Positions 24,920-37,303 of a stretch of 64,000 nucleotides of DNA are shown here, piece after piece. The stretch comes from Mobula hypostoma. Taxonomy: Eukaryota. A program made the position numbers and the translations under genes. The notes beneath the pieces are model-generated. The model had not been told where the DNA came from, made no database searches, and saw only the letters and a list, made by a program, of their open reading frames with translations. How positions within the stretch are numbered: the first letter of the stretch is position 1; each line of letters begins with the position of its first letter. The stretch covers positions 109,122,001 through 109,186,000 of the forward strand of contig NC_086108.1 of NCBI RefSeq assembly GCF_963921235.1, read 5' to 3'.

Positions 24920-26425
24920 GTATAGAAATTTACAGCACATTACAGGCCCTTCAGCCCGCAATGTTGTGTTGACCATGTAACCTACTCCAGAAACTGCCTA
25001 GAATTTCCCTATCCCATAGCCCCCTATTTTTCTAAGCTCCATGTACCTATCTAAAATTCTCTTAAAAGACCCTATCGTATCTGCCTCCACCACCTTCGTT
25101 GGCAGTGCATTCCACACACCCACCACTCTCTGCGACAAAAACTTACCACTGACCTACTTCCAAGCCCTTAAAACTCTATCCCCTCATGTTATCCATTTCA
25201 GCCTGGGTAAAAGCCTCTGTCTATCCACACGATCAATGCCTCTTGTCATCTTATACACCTCCATCAGGCATGGGATTGAAGGAGACCTTGCTTTGTGGAT
25301 CCAGAATTGGTTTGCCCACAGGAAGCAAAGGGTGGTTGTGGATGTTTTGTATTCTGCATGGAGGTCGGTAACCACTGGTGCTCTGTGGGGATCTGTCCTG
25401 GGACCCCTCCTCTTTGTGATTTTTATAAATGACAGGGATGAAGAAGTTGAAGGGTGGGTTAGTAAGTTTGCTGATGACACACAGGTTGGGGGTGTTGTGA
25501 ATAGTGTGAAGGGCTGTCAGAGGTTACAGCGGGACATTGATAGGATGCAGAACTGGGCTGAGAAGTGGCAGATGGAGTTCAACCCAGATAAGTGTGAGGT
25601 GATTCATTTTGTGTTAGCCATTTCAGCCCTTGGAAAAAGCCTCTGGCTATCTACACGATCAATGCCCCTCATCATCTTATACACCTCTATCAGGTCACCT
25701 CTCATCCTCCGTCGCTCCAAGGAGTAAAGGCCAAGTTCACTCAACCTATTCTCATAAGGCATACACCCCAATCCAGGCAACATCCTTGTTATTCTCCTCT
25801 GCACTCTCTCCATTGTATCCACATCCTTCCTGTAGTGAGGTGACCCAAGTGGGGTCTAACTAAGGTCTTCTATAGCTGTAACATTACCTCGCGGTTCTTG
25901 AACTCAATCCCACGGTTGATGAAGGCCAACACACCATACGCCTTCTTAACAAAACTGTCAACCTCCACAGCAGCTTTGAATATCCTATGGACACAGACCC
26001 CAAGATCTAATTGATCCTCCACGCTGCCAAGAGTCTTACCATTAATATTATGTTCTGGCTTCAAATTTGACCTACTAAGATAAACCACTTCACACTTAGT
26101 TGGGTTGAATTCTATCTCAGCCCAGTTCTGCATCCTATCAATGATGCGTTGTAACCTCTGACAATGCTCCAGACTATCCACAACACCCCCAACCTTTGTA
26201 TCATCAGCAAACTTACTAACCCACCCTTCTACTTCCTCATCCAGGTCATTTATAAAAATCACAAGGAGGAGGGGTCCCAGAACAGTTCCCCATAGAACAC
26301 CACTGGTCACTGACCTCCATGCAGAATACGAAACATCCACAACCACCCTTTGCTTCCTGTGGGCAAGCCAATTCCAGATCCACAAAGCAAGGTCTCCTTC
26401 GATCCCATGCCTGATTACTTTCTGA
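24920..26425 (-). mobile_element. CR1 RT/3' fragment with internal inverted duplication
   Basis: VLGPLLLVIFINDLDEEVEGWVSKFADDTK; + strand copy of the same segment at 25263-25611. Confidence 0.85.
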
Positions 26426-26989
26426 AAAGAGTTGAGAAAAAGAGTCACAGAGTTGAGGATACAGCCTAGTCCATCACGCAAGCCAGCCTTCCCTCTCTAG
26501 GTTCTGTCTACACTGTCCATTGCCGCAGTAAAGCCAGCAGCATAATCAAAGGCTCGGGGCATCTCAGACATTCTCCCTTATCCCCTGTCCCATCGGGCAG
26601 AAAATGCAAAACCTTGTCCAGCCCTCTTGTCCGTTAAAGATGGACCTCTGCCCTCACAGTGTACCTAACGGTCCTTGCACTTTTTTGTCAACCTGCTCTG
26701 TGTTTTCTCTGTAACTGAAACACCTTATTCCTCATTCTGTTTTTGTTTTTCCTTTTGTACTACCTCAATATGCTTATGTTTGAAACAATGTGCCTGGAAG
26801 GGATAACACTGAACAACGACATTTTTTTGAAAATGTTGCCTCCTCAGAATTGTATTGTTTTGTGTATGATAGACAACTTGAAGCTGAACACAAATATAAT
26901 TTGGGACTACTGGTATCACGTAGGAATTTGGAGAAACAAGAAATTAACTTTTATTGATATAATTTGTTTAATTGCATAATGGTGCTGAA

Positions 26990-27480
26990 GCTTTGCAATA
27001 ATTCAACTAAACTAAAATGGTTTTTTGATGATTTTCATTTATGCTCAGTGTCTGAAGCTTCTTGCTTAAGTGTCCAACAATAATCAGCCAGCATTGATGG
27101 ATTCCAGTGCCCTGATACTGTTTCTCCATGGCTACAATGTCCCGGTGAAACCTCTCACTGTGCTCGTCACTGACAGCACCAAGATTTGTAGGAAAGAAAT
27201 CTAAGTGGGAACGCAGAAAATGAATCCTTAACATAATGCTACACTTCAGGGTTTTGTATGCTAGAAGCATGTTGTCAACCAGCTGCAGATAGTTTGGTGC
27301 TCCGTAGTTGCCAAGAAAGCTTTCAACACCATCCTTGCATGTTTTACATGTGATTTTCTCTGGTTCTACTTGAAGTTCTTTGAATTGCCTGTCATTGATG
27401 ACCTGTTTGGTTTGTGGACTAACAGAAATGCCTTCCTTAATCTTGGCATCAGTTATTCTGACTTGAATTATGAAATAACG
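26990..27480 (-). pseudogene. Chapaev3-like (CMC superfamily) DNA transposase remnant
   Basis: RITDAKIKEGI and RIHFLRSHLDFFPTNLGAVSDEHSERFHRDI..MEKQYQG motifs; frameshifted; family recognised from memory of these motifs. Confidence 0.6.
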
Positions 27481-27814
27481 AACATATGCAATTCAAAAAA
27501 TTGGTGTGTGGTAATAATAATAAATTTCCAACGTGCAATAATAATGTATGAAATAATAAAACAGAGACTATTGTACTATGATGTGTGTTCTCCTGTCACA
27601 CAGAGATGAACTGTTGGACATACTTCCTCCATCTGGTGGGAAAGATTTTTTGTAGCGATCCTTGAGACAGCGGAGCTGAATGAGTCCATTTGGAAAGGTG
27701 CTATGTTGTTTATTCAGTAGGTCATGGAGAGGATGTTGCCTGTGTCAAATGATGACTGAATGCTTTCACATAGTTGTAGCCAGTAGCCATCTGCACAGCG
27801 TCTGGCTGTTTCCT

Positions 27815-28332
27815 GGCAACAATGAGGTGCTGGCCCGCGCCCAGATACCCAGCCTCTTCACCCTGCTCCAACAACGCCATCTCCGCTGGCTGGGCCACGT
27901 ACACCGCATGTCAGACGGGAGGATCCCGAAAGACCTGCTGTACAGGGAACTGGCCTCCGGCAAGAGAGCACAAGGGTGGCACCATCTTCGTTTCAAAGAC
28001 GTTTGCAAGAGAGACATGAAGTCACTGAAAATGAACGTTGAGAGGTGGGAGGACATCGCAAGCGATCGCTCTCACTGGAGGCTGGAAATACGCAGAGGCC
28101 TAAAAAGAGGAGAAGAGAAGCTGAGGCTTGCTGCTGAGGAAAAGCACACTCGTTCAAAAAACAGCACCAAGACAACACTGGAGGACAGTGCCTTCAAGTG
28201 CAGTCGCTGCAGCCGAGACTGTCACTCCCGTGTGGGCCTCTACACCACAACAGACGCTGCTCTAACACAGACTGAAGCAAGACTTTCCAGGCGCAGATCC
28301 ATGGTCTCGCGAGACTAACGGATGCCACCACC
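27815..28332 (+). mobile_element. RTE-clade LINE 3' fragment
   Basis: NNEVLARAQIPS...LRWLGHVHRMSDGRIPKDLLY...RFKDVCKRDM; C-terminal CxxC FKCSRCSRDC. Confidence 0.85.
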
Positions 28333-28790
28333 ACATGGAGAGGATGTCCCTGCTTGTCCATAATGGATAATAGTTTGTTTAGTGACCTCTTCTCCACCAC
28401 TAACTCCAAAGAATCTGGGTTATAGCCAAGAATGGAGCCAGCCTTTTTCATAAATTTATTTATTCTTTTTGCATCACCAGCACCGATGCTGCTCCCCCAA
28501 CAGAAAGCAACAAAGAAGACTGCACTCACTTCAACAGACTCATAAATGAACTCCAACATCCTGCTGTACTCATTGAAGGATCTCAGCTTCTTTAGAAAAT
28601 AGAGCCTGCTCATCCCCTTCTTGTAAACAGACTTGGTGTTGGTTTTCCAGACAAATCTGTTGTCGAGTTGAACACCCAAGTATTTGTACTCCTCCACCAC
28701 CGCACCTCCTTCTCCCAGAATGTATACAGTATTCGTCACACTCCTCTTCCTCCTTAAATGAGTCACCATCTCCCTGGTTTTGGCCACTTC
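28333..28790 (-). mobile_element. Rex1/Babar-type RT C-terminal fragment
   Basis: KTREMV...VEEYKYLGVQLDNR...RLYFLKKLRSF...HPLH. Confidence 0.8.
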
Positions 28791-29654
28791 CAGCAGATGC
28801 TTCCTCCTGAGGGAAATTTCCAGTCACTTCCACAATCAGCAGCCCAAATTCCATGAGATACACCCAATTGTGTTCAGGAAGCAAATTCTTTGTTGTCCGG
28901 AGTATGTCTGATCTTTTACTTTCCTGTACTATATTGCTTGAGTCCCTTAAAGTTGCCCAAGACTGTGAGAAACTGAATGGAGTCGAGGACACAGCCTAAT
29001 CCACCTCACAAACCCGTCTCCCCCCATAGGCTCCATCTACAGTTATTGCTGCCTCAGTGAAGCAGCTAACATAATCAAGGGCTCCACCCATCGCAGATAT
29101 TTTCTCTTCTCCCTCTCGCATCAGGCAGAAGATGCAAAACCTTGAAAATACACGCCACCAGGCTCAAGGACATCTTGCCCACTGCTATAAAACCCCTCGA
29201 ACAGAACTCTTGTCCATTAAAGGTGGATTCTTGTCCTCACAATGTACTTCATCATGACCCTAGCACCTTGTACTTCACTTGCACTGCATTTTCTCTGTAA
29301 CTTTATTCTTCATCCTGTTATTGCTTTTCCTTTTGAACTGCTTCAATTTCTTCTTTCTTTCTTTTTTCAATCTTTTTACTGATTTTTTTAAAAAGTGTGT
29401 ATACAAACAGGAGGAGAATATCTCTGGTATATACGTCAATAACAGTACATACAGAAGGTAAAATAAACAATATTCAGAATCACACATAGTGTTGATCTAC
29501 AAAGTATAAATTTGATAAAGAATGTATAATACAGAAAAAAACATGTAATACATTCTTCTCTTATCAAGTTATGAAGAAAGGAAAGATTATTAGAAATTTT
29601 TATATAAAAAAAGGAAAAAAACACTATTCTAAACAAAAAAAGGACTGGGCAGTC

Positions 29655-30327
29655 CACAGAAATCCAGGTGTACAGGGCTGCTGTCGTCACAACACTGCTA
29701 TACTGCTCCGAAGCCTGGATCTTGTACCGCAAGCAAATCCAGTTGTTCAAGCACTTCCATCAGGGCTGCCTCCACTTCCTCATGGGTATCAGCTGGCAGG
29801 ATGGTGCTCCCAACAATGAGGTCCTGGAGAGGGCTCAACTTCCAAGCACCAAGGCCACTTTACTGCTCAAGTAGCTCCAAGGTCAGGCCACATGTCTCGC
29901 ATGGACATCTCCAGTTTACCAAAAGCAGTACTCTCTGGTGAACTCTCTTAGGGCAAGAGAGATCATGGTGCCCTGCACAAGAGATACAAAGACCAACTTA
30001 GGCAGCAGCTCTCTCAGGCAAATATCAAGGTCAACGAACGGCAGCAGCTGGCTTGTGACAGAGACAGCTGGAGAATGCTGGTCCACAGCGCAGCCAAGAA
30101 CTTTTGAGGAATCCAGAAGAGAAACAGCCAAAGAGAAGAGGAGATGCAGGAAGAATCCTACTGCCCAAGTGCCTGTATCTCAACTGTTCTTGTGTCCCTA
30201 CTGCTCCTGAGTCTGCAGATCCAGAACTGGCCTCTAAAGTCACCAACGACCGTGCTGTCGCTCCTGAGGACTCTTCTTTCCTCCCGATCAACGCAAGCGA
30301 AGAGCCAGCCATCATCATCATCATCAC
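29655..30327 (+). mobile_element. RTE-clade LINE 3' fragment
   Basis: YRAAVVTTLLYCSEAW...FHQGCL...ISWQD..PNNEVLERA; (CAT)n tail. Confidence 0.85.
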
Positions 30328-30688
30328 CTCGATATGCTTATGTTGCTTAGGTTTGGGACAATGTGTCTGGATGGGACCATCAGCTGGTCCAGCTCTCTAA
30401 GGCAGTTCTAAGAAACCTCAGTTAAAATTAGGTGGAGGTATACTCTTCATACTATATACGTTCCTAGGAATTCGATCTTCTTGATTGATTTCAGTTTAGC
30501 TCTTTCCAAACTCTCACACCTCTGATATAATTCTGAGCTCCTGTTCTTTGTGGGGGTTGTACACCAAAAAAGCTCCTTACCGATACTCCATTCTTCATTT
30601 GACTTGTACACTTAAGTGTTCAATATGACAGACAATATGAAAGCCTTTGGTTTTCTTGACATTGACTTCAAGTCCGGTTGCTCTAGAC

Positions 30689-30771
30689 CAAGGGTTCCTA
30701 ATCTTTTTTATGCCAACCATTAACCCCTACCACTAACGAGTGATCTGTGAGCCCCAGGCTGGGAACCCCGG
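30689..30771. mobile_element. hAT/Charlie-like MITE
   Basis: TIRs caagggttcc...gggaaccccgg following a ctctagac target. Confidence 0.5.
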
Positions 30772-30964
30772 CAATCCTGCACTGCACTTTCTCTGTAAAT
30801 GTAACATTTTATTCTGCATTCTATTTATTGTTTCTTCTTGTTCTACCTCAATGCAATGTTGCAATGGATTGATTTGTTCAAATGGAGTGACAGGTTTTTC
30901 ACTGTACTCAGGTAGATGTGCTAATAACAAACCAATTTACCTTCTTTCAGCTCTATAAAACCAA

Positions 30965-31527
30965 TTTCAGCTCTATAAAACTCCGGTTAGGCCACACTTG
31001 GAGTACTGTGTCCAGTTCTGGTCACCTCACTATAGGAAGGATGTGGAAGCATTGGAAAGGGTACAGAGGAGATTTACCAGGATGCTGCCTGGTTTAGAGA
31101 GTATGCATTATGATCAGAGATTAAGGGAGCTAGGGCTTTACTCTTTGGAGAAAAGGAGGATGAGAGGAGACATGATAGAGATGTACAAGATACTAAGAGG
31201 AATAGATAGAGTGGATAGCCAGCGCCTCTTCCACAGGGCACCACTGCTCAATACAAGAGGACGTGGCTTTAAAGTAAGGAGTGGGAAGTTCAAGGGGGAT
31301 ATTAGAGGAAGGTTTTTTACTCAGAGAGTGGTTGGTGTGTGGAATGCACTGCCTGAGTCAGTGGTGGAGGGAGATACACTAGTGAAGTTTAAGAGACTAC
31401 TAGACAGGAATATGGAGGAATTTAAGGTGGGGGGGGTTATATGGGAGGCAGGGTTTGAGGGTTGGCACAACATTGTGGGCTGAAGGGCCTCTAATGTGCT
31501 GTACTATTCTATGTTCTATGTTCTATA
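30965..31527 (+). mobile_element. Young CR1 3' fragment
   Basis: Open 161-aa frame EYCVQFWSPHYRKDVEALERVQRRFTRMLPG...FFTQRVVGVWNALP; (TTCTATG)n tail. Confidence 0.9.
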
Positions 31528-32046
31528 CCTAGTTACAACAGTGCATCAAGGTAGAGCAAGGTTAACCAATAACAGAATGAAGAATAAAGTGTAACAGTAC
31601 CAGAGAATGTGTTGTGCTGGTAAACAAGAGCGTACAAGGCCACAATGAGGTTGGTTGTGAAGTCAAGAATCTATCGAGGGAACCATTCAATAGTATCATA
31701 ACAGTAGGGTAGCATAACAGTAGGGTAGAAGCTGTCATTGTCACTGGTGGAATTTTTCAGACTTCAGACTTCAGTATCTTCTGTCCAATGGGAAGGAGGG
31801 AGAAGAAAGAATGTCTGGGGTTGGTTTGGCCTTTGATTTTGCAGTTGCTTTACAGAGGCAGAGGGAATTGTAGACAGAGTCGATGGAGGGGAGGATAGAT
31901 TTCATGATGGTCTCAGTTGTGTCCCACAGCTCTCTGCAGCTTCTTGCATTCATGTGCAGAGCAGTTGCCATACAAAGCCATTATGCATCCAGATAGCAAC
32001 ATGCTGGTGAACGCAGCAGGCCAGGCAGCACCTATAGGAAGAAGTA

Positions 32047-32084
32047 CAGTCGACATTTCAGGTCAAGACCCATCGTCAGGACTA
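32047..32084 (-). ncRNA. Hammerhead motif in the PLE 3' pLTR
   Basis: Minus strand tagtc-CTGACGA-tgggtcttgacct-GAAA-t-GTC-gactg, in sense orientation to the ORF. Confidence 0.6.
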
Positions 32085-32448
32085 ACGGAAAAAAGAGATA
32101 GTAAGAGATTTGAGAGTGGGAAGGGGAGACACAAAATGATAGGAGAAGAAAGGAGGGGGAGGGATGAAGCCAAGAGCTGGGAAGTTGATTGGCAAAAGGG
32201 ATACAAGGCTGGAGAAGGGGCATGGGATGGAAGGACTTGGAGGAAAGAAAGGGGGAGGGGAGCACCAGAGGAAGGTGGAGAACAGGCAAGGAGTTATTGT
32301 GAGAGGGAAAGAGAGAAGGGAAAAACAAATAAATAAATAAACAAACAAACAAACAAATAAATAAATAAAAATGAAAATTAGGGATGGGGTAAGAAGGGGA
32401 GGAGGGGCATTAACGGAAGTTAGAGACATCAATGTTCATGCCATCAGG

Positions 32449-34290
32449 TTAGAGGCTACCCAGACGGAATATAAGGTGCTGTTCCTCCAACCTGAGTGTG
32501 GCTTCATGTTTACGGTAGAGGAGGCCGTGGATTGACATATCGGAATGGGAATGGGACGTGGAATTAAAATGTGTGGCCACTGGGAGATCCTGCTTTCTCT
32601 GGCGGACAGAGCATAGGTGTTCAGCAAAGCGGTCTCCCAGTCTGCGTCGGGTCTCGCCAATATATAGAAGGCCACATCGGGAGCACCGGATGCAGTATAT
32701 CACCCCAGCCGACTCACAGGTAAAGTGTCACCTCACCTGGAAGGACTGTCTGGGGCCCTGAATGGTGGTGAGTGAGGAAGTGTAAGGGCAGATGTAGCAC
32801 TTGTTCCACTTACAAGGATAAGTGCCAGGAGGGAGATCGGTGGGAAGGGATGGGTGGGACAAATGGACAAGGGAGTCATGTAAGGAGCGATCCCTGCGGA
32901 AAGCAGAAAGTGGAGGGGAGGAAAAGATGTGCTTGGTGGTGGGATCCCGTTGGGGATGATGGAAGTTACGGAGAATTATATGTTGGACACTGAGGCTGGT
33001 GGGGTGATAGGTGAGGACAAGAGGAACCCTATCCCTAGTGTGGTGGCGGGAGGATGGGGTGAGAGCAGATGTGCGTGAAATGGGATAGATGCTTTTGAGG
33101 GCAGAGATGATGACGGAGGAAGGGAAGCCCCTTTCTTTAAAAAAGGAAGATATCTGCTTCGCCCTGGAATGAAAAGCCTCATTCTGAGAGCAGATGCAGC
33201 GGAGACAGAGGAATTGAGAGAAGGGGATGGCATTTTTACAAGTAACAGGGTGGGAAGAGGAATAGTCCAGGTAGCTGTGAGAGTCCATGGGCTTATAGTA
33301 GACATCAGTGGATAAGCTGTCTCCAGAGATAGAGACAGAGAGATCAAGGAAGGGGAGGGAGGTGTTGGAAATGGACCAGGTAAATTTGAGGGCAGTGTGG
33401 AAGTTGGAGGCAAACTTGAAGAAGTCAACCAGCTCAGCATGCCTGCAGGAAGCAGCGCCAATGCAGTTGTCAATGTAGTGAAGGAAAATTGGGGGACAAA
33501 TACCAGTATAGGCTTGAAACATGGACTGTTCCACATAGCCAACAAAAAGGCAGGCATAGCTGGGTCCCATACGGGTGCCGATGGCTACACCTTTAGTTTG
33601 AAGGAAGTGGGATGAGTCAAAGGAAAAATTATTAACAGCAAGGACTAATTCTGCTAGACGGAGGAGAGTGGTGGTAGAGGGGAACTGGTTGGGTCTGGAA
33701 TCCAAAAAGAAACGGAGAGCTTTGAGGCCTTCCTGGTGGGGGATGGAGGTATATAGGGACCGGACATCCATGGTGAAAATAAGACGATGGGGGCCAGGGA
33801 ACTTGAAATCATTGAAAAAATCCAGAGTATGAGAAGTGTCACAAACATAGGTGGGAATGGATTGAACAAGGCGGGGAAATAAAACAGTGTCGAGGTATGC
33901 AGAAATAAGTTCGGTGGGGCAGGAGCAAGCTGAAACAATGGGTCTGCCTGGACAGGCAGGTTTGTGGATCTTGGGTAGGAGGTAGAAACGGGAAATGTGG
34001 GGTGTGGGAACTATGAGATTGGTGGCAGTGGATGGGAGATCCCCAGAGCTGATAAGGTCGGTGATGGTGTGGGAGACAATGGCCTGGTACTCCTTAGTGG
34101 GGTCATGTTTGAGGGGTAAGTAAGAGGAGGTATCAGTGAGTCGTCGCTGTGCCTCGGCAAGGTAGGGGTCAGTACACCAGGCTACTACAGCGCCCCCCTT
34201 ATCAGCAGGTTTTAGTAGTAAGGTTAGGATTGGTGCGGAGGGAGTGGAGAGCAGAGCGTTCGGAAGGAGTGAGTTTGGAATTGGAACAAG
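32449..34290 (-). pseudogene. PLE reverse transcriptase / GIY-YIG endonuclease ORF, inactivated
   Basis: KPADKGG, FYLLPKIHK, GRPIVS, MDVRSLYTSIP, GVAIGTRMGPSYA, YIDN (for YIDD), CKWNKCYIC, IYCIRC..CGLLYIGET; in-frame TGA at 32728-32730 and a further stop at 32449. Confidence 0.9.
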
Positions 34291-35042
34291 CCTATCCTGG
34301 CATCCATCCCCCAATTTTCTCTGAGTGCAGAGAATTTAAATGAAGATCACAGAGACCTTCCCATAGGGAAAGAAGAGGGGGACCAGGGGAGGTGATAGGC
34401 AGGTGAGGAGAAGAGGTAAAAGGGGAGCCAAAGTGGGAAAAAAGTAGAAGTTAGGGGGAGGGGGGAATTACCAGAAGTAGAATAAATCGATGTTCATACC
34501 ATTGGGTTGGAGGCTACCTAGATTAAATATAAGATGTTGCTCCTGCAAGCTGAGAGTGACCTCATTGTAGATGAAGAGGAGGCCATGGTCTGCCATGTCA
34601 GGATGGGAACAGGGATTGGAATTTTTAAGAAAATTGTGTCATTGAGTCAGAACACCTCAGCCACCTCAGCAGGTCCCTCAGCTCATCTAGTCTACGCTGA
34701 ACTGTCTGGCCCCATTGACCTGCTCACGGACAATATTCCTCTATAGCCCTTCCATTCATATACCGATACAAATTTCTCTTAAATGTTGAAATCAAACCCG
34801 CATCCACCACTTCTGCAGCTCATTCCACATTCTCACCACCCTCTGAGTGAAGAAGTTCTCCTTCAGGTTCCCCTTAAACATTTCACCTTTCACCCTTAAC
34901 CAATGATCACGAGTTGTAGTCTCATCCAACCTCAGTGGAAAAAACCTGCTTGCATTTACCTTCTCTAAACCCCTCATAATTTTCTATAGGTAATGAATAA
35001 ATTTGGAATTCTTCCTAAATGAAGAGTTGTGTTGTTTTAAAG

Positions 35043-35095
35043 CAGGGGTCCTCGGACCCCTTAGTTAATGGTATAAAATAGTTTGGGAACCCCTG
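35043..35095. mobile_element. hAT/Charlie-like MITE
   Basis: caggggt...aacccctg TIRs; degenerate 8-bp TSD ttttaaag / ctctgaag. Confidence 0.5.
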
Positions 35096-36989
35096 CTCTG
35101 AAGTGTCAGTTAATCATTAATTTCTTGATGCCTATTTCTTGAGTATCAGTAACCAAGAAGGAGGGAGATAGTTGTAAAAATCATCTCCTTTAGAAAAGGA
35201 ATTTTATCAGAATTACAAACTGCTGGAAGAATTCAAGGGGGGAGGAAATTGCCCACAATCCCTTACCTCCGAGCAATGTTGCTCTACCCACTGAATTCTT
35301 CCAACAGATTGTTGCTTCAGACTCCAGCATCTGCAGCTTGCTGCGTTTCCAAGCGGTTGGCGTAGCCAATGTCAGAATCAGAAGATGAATCAGGTTTGTT
35401 ATCACTGGCATGTGTTGTTTTGCAGCCGCAGTACAGTGCAATACATAAAAATCACTGTAAATTACAATAAGAATTTATTTTAAAAATCAAATAAATTGTG
35501 CAAAAAGAGAGCAAGGTAGTAACATAGTGTTCATGAGTTCATAACCATTCAGAAATCCGATGCAGGAGGGAAAATTGTTGAGTGTCTGTCTTCAGGATCC
35601 CGTACCTCCTCCCCAGTGGTAGCAAGGAGAAAACGACATGTCCTAGGTGATGCGGATGCTTAATGGTGAATGTTGTCTTCTTCAGGCACTACCCTTTGAA
35701 GATGTCCTTGATGGCGGGGAGGGTTGTGCCCATGATAGTTCTGGCTAAGTTAACAACCCTCTGCAGTTTTATCCAACCATATTCCTTGGTACCTCCGGTC
35801 TAGACAGTGATACAAGCAGTCAGAATGCGCTCCATGATACATCTGTAGAAATTTGCTAGAGTCTTTGGTGAATCTCCTCAAACTCTTAATGAAATCTAGC
35901 TGCTGGTGAGCCTTCTTCATAATTGCAAAAATATGTTGGGCCCAGAGATGCTGGCACCCCGGAACTTGAAGCTGCTCTTCCTTTCTACTGAATGATCTCT
36001 GAACGAGGACTAGTATGTGTCCTCGACTTCCCCTTCCTGAAGTTCACAATCAGCTTCTTGATCTTACTGAAGTTGAGTGCCAGATTGCTGATCTATCTCA
36101 CTCCTCCTTGTCACCATCATTGCATAATTCAAAATTCGTTGGAGACTTTGGCGACATACCAAATCTCTTGAAACTTCTAATGAAGTATAGCCACTGGGAT
36201 ATTTTCATCATAATTGACTCAGTATGCTGGGTCCAGGATAGATCTTCTGAGATGCAAGAACCTAACTTGAAACTACTCAGTGTGACTCCAGACTGACCAA
36301 TGTGGTTGACTCTTTACCTCCTTAGTTCAGGGGCAGTTGGAGATAGTAAATACAAGGTCAATTGCTGGTGAATTCTTCATCATCTTAAATGATTATCTTC
36401 TCAAAATAAATATCTATAATCTCCCCATTACTCTAACCATTGCCTTGTCTATCACACCTTGCATTTAATCTGTTAGACCACTTAGTATCTAGCCTACTAC
36501 ACCACCTAGTGCTTAACGTATTGTACCACCTGGTGTTTCAGTCAGAAAAGCAGTCAGTGTCTAATATACTGCTCTTTGCTTTCTTCTATTGTTAACCAAC
36601 TCTACATAGCACTGTGTTTATAAAAAGTAGGCTCTGTCTCCTCACAGATCTAATTATCTTGCATTGCATTGCTCTTCAGATATGCCACATTAATTTTTTT
36701 TTAAACTGCAGTCAATCCACCCTAATGCGACAGTCTGATTTTATACAGGAACACCACAATTCTTGAGAAAATGGCATTTTCCTCCTCGCAACATTAAACC
36801 AAGGTCTTTCTTTCAGCCTCAGGTGTTTGCTAAAGATCTCATGATATTACCTCAAAGGTGTTACGGCATCTATTTATTTTGTGATATTGATTAAGGGATC
36901 CGACAACCTTAAAGAATCATAATGGTTCATTAGGTTGTCATAGCTGGGGCTGGGGGGGGGTGGGGCGGTGGGGGGTGGGTGCGGAGGAG

Positions 36990-37303
36990 TGTGTATAAGT
37001 TCCTGCTACTTATTAAATGCTCCCAATAGTGTGCTCCTCAAATAGTCCCTGACAACCAAGTCCAATTCCTGGCCTTCACGTGTGGCTTAGCTATTAAGCC
37101 CAGCGGAACCGTTTCTGACAGGAGAAGGGACAAAAGCAGGGCTCATCAGCTGTCATTAGCCAGTCATCTGAGAGAAGGAATACTCCGATCTCAAACCTCT
37201 GCTGTCTTGTGGCTATACCCATTCATGGAGAAAGCTTCTGGAGTAATCCCCAAGGAAAACTCCATACTCCAGTGCTTAAGTCCCCAAGGCTGTCCTAAAT
37301 TGA
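36990..37303 (+). mobile_element. Probable RTE-derived non-autonomous element, continuing at ~38710-38870 after a CR1 insertion
   Basis: aaattga duplicated on either side of the intervening CR1; family assignment tentative. Confidence 0.4.

Larger units (their letters stand above)
31997..34290 (-). mobile_element. Neptune-type Penelope-like retrotransposon, 5'-truncated
   Basis: RT + Cys-rich linker + GIY-YIG endonuclease + 3' pLTR with hammerhead motif. Confidence 0.92.

Noticed and set aside
32728..34314. 528-aa ORF as a functional or domesticated RT gene
   Set aside because: 5'-truncated, the start lies in flanking DNA, the catalytic Asp is mutated (YIDN) and a stop precedes the endonuclease
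36945..36985. G-quadruplex-capable G-run
   Set aside because: Simple low-complexity tract at a TE edge with no functional context
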